Positions 47,980-56,305 of a stretch of DNA of 64,000 nt are shown here, piece by piece (the first letter of the stretch is position 1; each line of letters begins with the position of its first letter). The DNA is from Rhodanobacteraceae bacterium (GTDB taxonomy: Bacteria; Pseudomonadota; Gammaproteobacteria; Xanthomonadales; Rhodanobacteraceae): positions 573 through 64,572 of the forward strand of contig DASSNC010000111.1 of NCBI GenBank assembly GCA_035688305.1, written 5' to 3'. The translations under genes and the position numbers were made by a program. The notes under the pieces were generated by a model. It saw only the letters and a list, made by a program, of their open reading frames with translations. It was not told the DNA's origin and made no database searches.

Positions 47980-48521
47980 GGTCCCCACGGACAACCTTGC
48001 TCGACAGAGGTCGGGGTGCCAAGCCCCAAACAGTCGAACAACGGATTGAAAGACGCCTCGAAGTCCTGCGGGAATGGCTCCGTAGTGGTGTCCCGGTGGG
48101 CAGATCCATTCCTAAGAATCTGAAAGCAGTACGCATATGGGAAGAAGCCGAACTCCGTATACAACCCATCGCATCGCCGAATGAATTCACGACGACGCAT
48201 CGGTTGCACGGCCCTCTTATACGTGACATTGCCGGAATTCTCACTGAGCTGAAGAAGCGCTACAAGCAACCAGCAAGAGCCCAGCCAAAAGCATCAACAT
48301 CAGTAGAGAAATTCGATCGCAAGGCGTTCGAAAGGCAACTTGAGGCAGTGGTGTCGCAATGGCACTCAGAGCGCGATCAGCGATTGAGTCAAGAAAGGCG
48401 CGCCGATGCGGCTGAAGCCCGCAATGTATTGTTGCTTGAGGAGAGCGCAAAAAAGGATGTTCTTATCGCCGATCTTCGGCGACAAGTCGCAGTGCATAAA
48501 GGTTTGAGGGTAGTGAAGTGA
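47976..48521 (+). CDS. Small coiled-coil protein, third of the trio (Tn554 TnpC-like position)
   Basis: The ATG at 47976 forms an ATGA overlap with the previous stop, with a GGAGGGA Shine-Dalgarno sequence at 47964-47970. 181 aa. The C-terminal half is heptad-like and charged (ERQLEAVVSQWHSERDQRLSQERRADAAEARNVLLLEE). No family recognised. Confidence 0.55.
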   Translation: MRSPRTTLLDRGRGAKPQTVEQRIERRLEVLREWLRSGVPVGRSIPKNLKAVRIWEEAELRIQPIASPNEFTTTHRLHGPLIRDIAGILTELKKRYKQPARAQPKASTSVEKFDRKAFERQLEAVVSQWHSERDQRLSQERRADAAEARNVLLLEESAKKDVLIADLRRQVAVHKGLRVVK

Positions 48522-48574
48522 GGCTTGATGCCGGCAATGCATACGACATCGGCAGAATTCGGACAGACAATGCA

Positions 48575-51500
48575 TTATGGAGAGTCTGACGGCCTGATCG
48601 CGAATCGCACCTTCTCTTCATGGCTTGCATTCTTGGATCGACGTGCCGTCGCAGCAGTAAATTCTCGGACCCCAATAAGCGCCTCCAGTTGAGTCCGGCC
48701 GGTTGCGTTCAAAACGATGGCCGCCCCTTCTCCCCAGAGGCAATCGCCGTGCGTTTGGCCATCAGGCGCTCCGTCTCGCCAGCAATAGGCAGTTGCTACG
48801 ATCGCCCCGGTGGTGTCTGCCCACGTAGAGGAGCCGTCATCTGCAATTCGCCAGTTGAGGCTCGCGGTAAGGGAGGGATCGAGAGTCAGCTCGAAGTTAG
48901 GAAGCGACCCCAAACCCTCACGTTCGACGCGGCAAACAGGGATCCACGCTCTGGTTTCAGGTCCGCCGTTAAGTCCCGCGGGCGCTGAAACGGGTAGGCC
49001 ATCATACAGAAAGCGAGGATCGATACGAGCAGGAAGTCTCGTTCCGAATAAGCGCATCCGTGTCCATTCATAGGTAGTGAAAGCGTCTCTTCCGTGAAAA
49101 TGAGACACCCCCGCGAGGATTGTGTCTGGGCCGAGATCCACATCACTCAAGTCCTCTTCCACCGCCGCCAGCCAGTCTTCCTCGTCCACCCTGAATCCGG
49201 GCATCGTCGGTCGGTGGACAAATTCGGGCCTAATATCCATCTTAGTCCGCAGTGGGACTTGGGACTCGCCGAGGGCCCAAACCAATTGATCGATCTCGTC
49301 GGCACTGATTCGGCCTGCCCGTTCTAGTTCTCCGGCGATCCGTCGTAGGGCCCTTAGCGCCCCGACCACATGGGGGTATCGAAACGTCAATCGGAAGCCT
49401 AGTTTTGACATCTCCCGCTCTAATCCATCGAGACCTGGCTGCCCGAACGCCTCTAATCCACCCCAACTTTCGATCAGATCTTGGACTCTGCGCCGAATGT
49501 GACCCGTCGAAACACCAGCGGCCTCGGCAAGCCGGCTGACGAGATGATCGACGGGAGCGCTCCAAGCCGCGACATCCGATACAGCGGGCGGCCCGAAAGG
49601 TCGTCGGCGAAGAGAGTTAGCCCTAACGACCGGTTGTAGGGGCGGGAGAGCCAAACTGTAGAAAACTGGGGTCGGAGCGACTTGGCGCCCGACATCCAAT
49701 CCCCACTTCATGGTCAATGCTTTCGCAAGCGAACGCACTACGATGTCGTCGTGATCAACAAGCGCAACAACGCGGGTCTCCAGCACCCCCCGGAGTTTCG
49801 TTCTACCCCACGCGCGGGCGAGACGAAGGCCCTCAATCACCTCTTCCGCGGCACCCGAAAGCATTGATTCGATCAGTGTCGTTAGCGCATCTTCATCGAT
49901 GTCTGCCAAGGCGGAAAGGCCTCGTTCCGCGTGCCATCTGAGTTCGGGAATGGGAAGCGCTAAAAGTTGGTGAAATAGCTTCGCAGTTAAAGCTGAGTCT
50001 GTATCAACATCGATCATCTCGATGTCTTTACCAAGTCGGTAGTCGCGTGTGCAAGGCAATTGCTCCTCCACTGACTCCCACATTGCCTGCCAATTCGGGG
50101 CAGTCGTGAGCACCGGCCAGATGTCATCGATATCCCACAGAAGCGAGTTAGTCATCTCTTCTCCAGCTGCCAGCGCCGATGCGAAGTTCGCGTAAGCATC
50201 TGCGTGGACAGCGGCCCCATCCAACTTCAATCGGGCCTGGAAGTAACGTCGACGACCACCGCCCATCGTCCAGGACCAGCTTGCACTACGATCCTCAGCA
50301 ATCACATAACCGTTGACCAGGCGAGCAGCCACATCGTTGCGGCCAACGGCCAATGCTCTATCCACCAAGCTGAATCGAGCGCGGTTATCCTGGCTTATGC
50401 GGGCATGTCGATCGAACAAAGCAAGCGCTACATCAATATCGGCCGTTGGAATCAGCCTGATGAATGCCTTCGTCGCGTCATAGTCAACGGATCCGTCTGT
50501 CGCCACTTCGTCGAGCCGAGCCGTGAGGCTCGTTATGTCGGCAACATCGTCATAACGTGTTGGAGAGTCTCCGCCGCTTCTGCGCAGCGTCGGCTCGCCG
50601 GCGAGCCTTGCCATGCCCGCGCGGATGCCTCCTGAAGGCACTCCACGCTTCTCAACCTCTAGCGCCAGTGTGTCGAGAAGCGAATGCCTGACGTCCATCT
50701 GCGAATGGATCTCGATATTCATTTGCAGAATATTGGCTATAACATCGACTTCCGCAGGTGCCGCGACGCCCATGGCTTCGCGAATGAACCACCCTTCTGA
50801 CTCACTGCGGTAATACGCTGCCCTATGGAAGGGCAGGCAGAGCGAAACCCAGGTCTCGACACAAGCCCTGAGGCGCCGTGGATCTCGCTTGACCAAGCCG
50901 ATCATCAAGGCATCCACGACGTCCGGTAATTCAATCAGATCGGCGTTGTTGAGAGCCAGTGCCGTGCTGATGCCAAGCTTCGCGTTATCCAACATCGCCT
51001 CTACGATGATCTCGTGAGCGATTCGGCCAGCTGCGTCTCTACCTTCTGTTAGCGTCATGCCGACGGCTTGCCGAGCAAGCGTGCGTACACGCGCGAATCG
51101 CCCGACCGGATCGATACGATTAGCCTCGCGCAGGAGTGCTATCCAGAAGGCATACTGCGGATCCTTTTTCGCTTGAACGGCATAACCGAGTGTTTCAGCT
51201 CTGCCTTCCGCTAACAACGCTCGTGCACGATCTTTGCGTCCGATTTGCGCGAATGCAACAGCCAAGCGAGCTGTACTCGAAAGAAACTCGCTCGGAGTAT
51301 TCTCGTCCCGACGTTCCAGCAATCCGCTTAAGCGCCGCTCCGCATCATCGACATTCCCACCTAACTGTGCCATCGTGCAGGCGATCACACTCTCGAGGGG
51401 GACGAAGCGATTTCGTTCTGTCGGGCTATCGGCAAGGACTTGATCGATCTCATTTACTGCCATTGCGAACTCATTCAGTCCCAATCTAGCTGCCGACTCC

Positions 51501-54500
51501 AAAAGGGACCGCACCACCTCCGATGCCGCGGAAGTCAGCTGGCTGGTAGCGAAGAACTCGCCTGCCTCTTGGGCACGCGTTCGGCACACGTAACGCATGA
51601 ACCGCGCGCATTCTTGCGCAATTTCACCGTGAGCTATCGATGCTGCAGCATTTCGACTACGCGCAGCTAGCTGCCCTGCGAGCTCGCTGAACTGTTGCAA
51701 CGGTCTCAGCTGAGGCTTGCCCGATTGCGGAGCGGTGGCAACCGACAAGCTGAGCAAGGTCGCCAGTTCTGAGTATTCCATCACTGCTCGCGTAACGTGC
51801 TTGACCGACTCGTAGTTGATGGAATCATCAAGCTCGGAAATCGCGGGTGGCGCAAGCCCTTGGAAAAGAGATCGCGCATTAGTCAGCAGATTTCTATGGG
51901 CAATCTTAAGGGCAACCTTTCTCCTCAGCCAATCTGAGGTTTCCGAAAGCGCCCGTACATCTGTCGTGGCCTGCTCAATTAATGCTGTCGCATCTGCTGT
52001 CCTCCCGCGGGTCAATAGATGTGCAGCCGCCCAAAGGCGCAAGAACACGTGTGCACCGGGCTCCAAGCGGAAATCGGCGATTATTGTGCCTACATCAACT
52101 GCCGAATCGAATGCCAAGGCTGCCATTGCGGCACGTTTTCGTAGCAGATTCCCGAGGTCGTTCGGGTCCTGAAATGGATGATTGTCACGCCCGGCGACCT
52201 CGACGATACGGTCAATCCCGGACAAGATCTCAGTCGGCGTCCTAAAATGGATTGCCTGCTCAACCCAATTCTCAAGCTCGCTACGTTGGGAAACCGGACC
52301 TCCGGTGGACCCGTCGTCACTTCCCAGGTCGTGCAATGGTTCGATGCGCTCGAAGAGAGATCTTGCTCGATCCAAGTTTCCCTCGGCCAACCACGCAGCC
52401 ACCACGGCGTATCCGTTACCGCCTACCTCCTCAATGAATGCCTCCGCATCATCAACGTCGCCAGTTGCAATCAAGGCCTCGACCGTATCATCCGACTGCT
52501 CAATGGCCGAAAATCGACGAGTCAACTCGTCCGACGAAAAGATCAAACGGAAGGCTGCTGTTGGATCCCGCACCTCCTTCAAAGAATTGAAGGCCAGCCT
52601 GATATCGTCCTGAATGCTACCCACCGATCGGCCGGCTAGAAACTGCTCGCGAAAGAGCGCCGGAGTCGCGAGTACTAGCGCCTCTTGATGCGCTCCAGAG
52701 CGCAACAGATAGCGCAATTGCAGATACCGTTGAGGCGAATCATCGCCTGCGCTTACCGCGATTTCCGCCAATCGTCGGTATAGCTGTGTTGAGTATTCAG
52801 GATCTGGCACTCCATAACGCAATCTGGGTATGCGGGCCACAAACAGCCGAAAACTGTTGTGAAAGACCGACCAGCCACGCCCATTACTGATGAGGAGATG
52901 GCGAACGTTGCGCCAGGCGCGATCTATGGCGTCGATGGAGTAGAACTGTTCGAGCTGGCCCAGATCCAATGGAGCCTCTGATCTAGCGATGAGCCCGAGA
53001 ATGTCCATGATCTCTTGGTCATCGTCCAACCCGCGCAATGCGGATGTGTACAACGCCTCGACGTCTCCCGAGTATTCGAACCCTCCATCCAGAATACTCG
53101 CCCGTTCCACCTCGTCCTTGGCAGCGAGCAGCGCTTCGATCAGGTAGTGAGTCGCAAGCGGATGACCTTGCGCCAACTCGCGTAAGCGCGTCCTCGAGAT
53201 GGTCTCTGGAAGCCCCATAGCATCCGCCATTGCGGAAATTGCACCCTGAGACAGAGGGGCGATTTCCACATGGCGTCTTGGCAAACCCGATTGGTCTCGA
53301 ACAGAAGGTGGAATGCCGGGCAGATCTACGCGCTGGGTCCCCAGAAGGAACACAACGCCATCGGGAATCGAGGCCGGAAGTGGCAATTCCGAAAGAAATG
53401 ACCGCTCGGGGCGCTCCTCTCGAGGTACATGATCCAATCCATCGACGACAATAAGCGTTCGAGTACCAGTTTCTTGGAACCGCGTACCCGCTGCGCTAAG
53501 CAATGCTTCGAGTTCCTCCCGCCTTTCTTGAGGTGACTCCCGCCGGAACCGAAGACCGCGCAGACCGGTTCGTCGTAGCCCTACGATCAGGTCCTCTTGA
53601 AAGTCGGCTGCCTCTGCGCGGCCTATCCCTTGGGCAGCTCCAGGCACGAAAGCCAGGTACCTGACCACAACAAGCCGAGGCTCCGATTCGAATGCAATCT
53701 GCAGCAAAGTGGACTTGCCGGAACCAGGAGGCCCGACTAATGACACATATCCCGATGTGCTTCCATTCAATGCAAGCCTAAGTTGCTCCTCCGTAGCCGG
53801 ATTGCGCTGTACGGCAGCGCCAACGGGAAACTGGTGGCGATGCAGGGTCTCGACATCGAGCCAGCCCATTTCTCGCAGGAATGCTTCTCTGGTCCATCGA
53901 TCCTGCTCGGGAACGCGAGCAACAAGAGTTGGCAAGCGCTGCGCTATCCGATCTACTTGCGGCTGTGAGAGATCGGTTATGCCAAATCGAGTGGCGAAAT
54001 CTGGATCTCCGCCATGGACGAGTTCGAAATGGCGCAGAAACTCCTCGAATCCAGCATCGTCGAGGCTCGACTTCCCAAGTAGATGTTCGACAAATGAGCC
54101 CCAACGAGATACTTTCCACTCCGCCAACGTCCATGAAGGGTGTGCCCTCCAGTCTTCGACGAACTGTCGCGTCGTTCCACCATCATCAGTTAGCCGATCA
54201 TTTTCCGACGGAATATCCGATACAACGACGCGAATTCTTACCGTCTGACCCGGGCAACTTTCCCGTAGCTGCTGCCAAGCGAGAACTAATCCAGATAGCA
54301 AACCGTCGCTCCCGGTCAAGAGCGAACTGATCCGAAACGCGGAGGGGTTCCGTGCAGTCTTGAATTGGTGTCCCACCACTTCGTCGTCATACCCCAACAC
54401 GACGTCGTCGGCGATTCCGGCACATCGATCTGCGAGGCCCACCCAGCGCAGGTCTCCGCCGTCCAACCCGCGGTAGATGGCCGCGGCCGCAGCTTCGTAC

Positions 54501-54616
54501 TGGCGGGTGTATCCGCGCTGTGCCCGTCTCTCACCCTCTCCCGGAGCAGTTGTTCGGGTAGCAGAAGCTTCAGGTGAGGGTTCGGGATCTAGGGCAGGGG
54601 AAGCGGGGACACTCAT
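48575..54616 (-). CDS. Giant STAND-type NTPase with an N-terminal Cap4/DUF4297-like PD-(D/E)xK nuclease domain and long helical-repeat C-terminus (Avs/NLR-like)
   Basis: 2013 aa. N-terminal RGYTRQYE...GIADDVVLGYDDEVVGHQFK (nt 54359-54430). Walker A GPPGSGKS (nt 53711-53734), Walker B LIVVDGLDH, and a GHPLATHYL winged-helix-type motif. About 1400 aa of Leu/Ala-rich helical repeats and a distinct C-terminal ~250 aa follow. Confidence 0.8.
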   Translation of the reverse strand: MSVPASPALDPEPSPEASATRTTAPGEGERRAQRGYTRQYEAAAAAIYRGLDGGDLRWVGLADRCAGIADDVVLGYDDEVVGHQFKTARNPSAFRISSLLTGSDGLLSGLVLAWQQLRESCPGQTVRIRVVVSDIPSENDRLTDDGGTTRQFVEDWRAHPSWTLAEWKVSRWGSFVEHLLGKSSLDDAGFEEFLRHFELVHGGDPDFATRFGITDLSQPQVDRIAQRLPTLVARVPEQDRWTREAFLREMGWLDVETLHRHQFPVGAAVQRNPATEEQLRLALNGSTSGYVSLVGPPGSGKSTLLQIAFESEPRLVVVRYLAFVPGAAQGIGRAEAADFQEDLIVGLRRTGLRGLRFRRESPQERREELEALLSAAGTRFQETGTRTLIVVDGLDHVPREERPERSFLSELPLPASIPDGVVFLLGTQRVDLPGIPPSVRDQSGLPRRHVEIAPLSQGAISAMADAMGLPETISRTRLRELAQGHPLATHYLIEALLAAKDEVERASILDGGFEYSGDVEALYTSALRGLDDDQEIMDILGLIARSEAPLDLGQLEQFYSIDAIDRAWRNVRHLLISNGRGWSVFHNSFRLFVARIPRLRYGVPDPEYSTQLYRRLAEIAVSAGDDSPQRYLQLRYLLRSGAHQEALVLATPALFREQFLAGRSVGSIQDDIRLAFNSLKEVRDPTAAFRLIFSSDELTRRFSAIEQSDDTVEALIATGDVDDAEAFIEEVGGNGYAVVAAWLAEGNLDRARSLFERIEPLHDLGSDDGSTGGPVSQRSELENWVEQAIHFRTPTEILSGIDRIVEVAGRDNHPFQDPNDLGNLLRKRAAMAALAFDSAVDVGTIIADFRLEPGAHVFLRLWAAAHLLTRGRTADATALIEQATTDVRALSETSDWLRRKVALKIAHRNLLTNARSLFQGLAPPAISELDDSINYESVKHVTRAVMEYSELATLLSLSVATAPQSGKPQLRPLQQFSELAGQLAARSRNAAASIAHGEIAQECARFMRYVCRTRAQEAGEFFATSQLTSAASEVVRSLLESAARLGLNEFAMAVNEIDQVLADSPTERNRFVPLESVIACTMAQLGGNVDDAERRLSGLLERRDENTPSEFLSSTARLAVAFAQIGRKDRARALLAEGRAETLGYAVQAKKDPQYAFWIALLREANRIDPVGRFARVRTLARQAVGMTLTEGRDAAGRIAHEIIVEAMLDNAKLGISTALALNNADLIELPDVVDALMIGLVKRDPRRLRACVETWVSLCLPFHRAAYYRSESEGWFIREAMGVAAPAEVDVIANILQMNIEIHSQMDVRHSLLDTLALEVEKRGVPSGGIRAGMARLAGEPTLRRSGGDSPTRYDDVADITSLTARLDEVATDGSVDYDATKAFIRLIPTADIDVALALFDRHARISQDNRARFSLVDRALAVGRNDVAARLVNGYVIAEDRSASWSWTMGGGRRRYFQARLKLDGAAVHADAYANFASALAAGEEMTNSLLWDIDDIWPVLTTAPNWQAMWESVEEQLPCTRDYRLGKDIEMIDVDTDSALTAKLFHQLLALPIPELRWHAERGLSALADIDEDALTTLIESMLSGAAEEVIEGLRLARAWGRTKLRGVLETRVVALVDHDDIVVRSLAKALTMKWGLDVGRQVAPTPVFYSLALPPLQPVVRANSLRRRPFGPPAVSDVAAWSAPVDHLVSRLAEAAGVSTGHIRRRVQDLIESWGGLEAFGQPGLDGLEREMSKLGFRLTFRYPHVVGALRALRRIAGELERAGRISADEIDQLVWALGESQVPLRTKMDIRPEFVHRPTMPGFRVDEEDWLAAVEEDLSDVDLGPDTILAGVSHFHGRDAFTTYEWTRMRLFGTRLPARIDPRFLYDGLPVSAPAGLNGGPETRAWIPVCRVEREGLGSLPNFELTLDPSLTASLNWRIADDGSSTWADTTGAIVATAYCWRDGAPDGQTHGDCLWGEGAAIVLNATGRTQLEALIGVREFTAATARRSKNASHEEKVRFAIRPSDSP

Positions 54617-54787
54617 CGGTTCATGATAGTGAATGGCCTTCGATGCCGCTGGAATGGGCCCGGAGTCGGAAATTGGGTCGGCGGCAACAAGGCAACGCCA
54701 CCGCAGATCGGCTTGGACGTGCAGAAGGCCAAGCGCAAAGAATTTTGGAGCAAGTCCGGCAACCGACCCATCGACTCTACGGCTAAC

Positions 54788-56305
54788 TTACGTCTCGGAA
54801 TTCGAAACTGCCGCCGCGTCGGTATCTTGGGGCCATTCAAGGCAGCTCCGGATGTTAAATCCGCCCGTTGAGCCGTACTTCGTCACATCGGCGGGAAGAT
54901 GATCCGTCAGATATCGGTGAACACGGCGAACAATGGCTGCATCAAAGCTCAGGATGCCCAGGGGGATCGGGAATCCGCGGCCATCGTTAATTGGCGCGTG
55001 AACAACCACGGCGGCAACTCTGCGCGGAATCAGGAGGACTTCGAGCGAGCTTGGAATCGCCCCAGTATTTGGCCTGCAGAAGATTGTGGGAGCGGCTTTA
55101 GTCAGCCGCCGCTGAGGTTTTCCTTCATCAATCAAGATGGGGCTGCGCTCCATCTTTCTGCCAGTGGCGTCTACATCAACGCCTTCCTTCGTGAGCGTTT
55201 CGAGAAGCTCCAGGAAGGATCGCGAAGCACCCCATGCTGACTGCTTCGGCACGACCCACAAGAAAACGTCATCATTGCTAAGCGCAGGTTCGTTTGCGTA
55301 GCCGATAGCCGTTGTAATTCGTACGATGTTCTCGGGTTGATACAGCGCTCCAGCGATGCCAACGGTGGGCCTATTGCTGCGCAACTCACCGGCGCGACCG
55401 GCCAATTCCTTGAAGTAACGAAGCGATGCAAAACCAGAGCGATTCACATACTCCTTTAGGTACTCGGGCGCGATATTCGTCAGGACGTCGAGCGCATTGA
55501 CATCCTCCGGCGTCTTTACGGTTCGAAGATTCTCCAGAAACTCCGCCACACCATGGACGACTCGGTCTCGATCGGCAAGTTCGTGCCCTGTTCTCCACTT
55601 CTCCAGAAGCGCTTCAGGTTCGCTAGGCCTCCGAACTGAGGCCATGGCAACAAACGGGACGACTGCTGAGAATCGGTCGCCGGCGACTACGTCATCCACT
55701 GAGTACAAGGACCTCTTTAGTTGATCCACCGCCTCCCTGTCCCTGCGACTTGAAATCTCTCCATAGAATCTGCGAAAGGACTCAGGAACGTGCCTCGAAG
55801 CGTTGGCGACCAGGTCCGGATCTCGAATCGCAAGCTCAGGTAGCGATCTTTCAAATTCGGATTGGTGCTCCCGATCGCAGGGCGCAAGAGAGAGTAAATC
55901 GAATCCAACTCTTTCTGTTTTTTTAGCGACGTCGTAGATCTGAGGCTTGTCGCTCGCCTTAAAGAGGGCGTTGCCGGCATCCGTCAGCCAAATGCGTCCT
56001 TCGGAGCGAGATATATAGGCTCGGGCTTCGGCATCACGTATGACGTACGCCATTTCATTGGCGTTGAAGCCAAAGAAGCTTGCAGCAGTTTCCTCTGGCA
56101 TGCCGTCGGCAGAATGCAATAGTCGCAGCAAGAACTCGGTTGTTAGCGAAACCTCGCCAACTTCGGCCACTTTGTGCCGCACCACGAACTGTCTGGCCGG
56201 AAGTTGCACGTCGAAAATTCCGACGGGAACCCGAACGTCGATCGATTCAGGTTCGGCTCCAATTGCTGCCTTGCGCAATGAAAGCACGCGACGAGCCCCG
56301 CTCAT
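54788..56305 (-). CDS. Hypothetical 505-aa protein, translationally coupled to the NERD-kinase-helicase gene
   Basis: The ATG at 56305 overlaps the upstream gene's TGA (ATGA at 56302-56305). The long ORF has composition matching its neighbours. I see no nucleotide-binding, HxK (PLD) or other catalytic motif. Confidence 0.7.
   Translation of the reverse strand: MSGARRVLSLRKAAIGAEPESIDVRVPVGIFDVQLPARQFVVRHKVAEVGEVSLTTEFLLRLLHSADGMPEETAASFFGFNANEMAYVIRDAEARAYISRSEGRIWLTDAGNALFKASDKPQIYDVAKKTERVGFDLLSLAPCDREHQSEFERSLPELAIRDPDLVANASRHVPESFRRFYGEISSRRDREAVDQLKRSLYSVDDVVAGDRFSAVVPFVAMASVRRPSEPEALLEKWRTGHELADRDRVVHGVAEFLENLRTVKTPEDVNALDVLTNIAPEYLKEYVNRSGFASLRYFKELAGRAGELRSNRPTVGIAGALYQPENIVRITTAIGYANEPALSNDDVFLWVVPKQSAWGASRSFLELLETLTKEGVDVDATGRKMERSPILIDEGKPQRRLTKAAPTIFCRPNTGAIPSSLEVLLIPRRVAAVVVHAPINDGRGFPIPLGILSFDAAIVRRVHRYLTDHLPADVTKYGSTGGFNIRSCLEWPQDTDAAAVSNSET

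Noticed and set aside
48522-48574. A terminator between the convergent recombinase module and the STAND gene.
   Set aside because: Only a weak 5-bp stem (tgccg...cggca) without a U-tract is present. This is not enough to annotate.
54788-56305. Interpreting the 505-aa protein as the PLD nuclease partner (MkoB) of a Mokosh type I system.
   Set aside because: No HxK(x)4D motif is visible in the translation; the closest string, VVVHAPINDG, has the wrong residues and spacing. The canonical Mokosh assignment is therefore not supported by what I can see. A divergent fold cannot be excluded without a profile or structure search.
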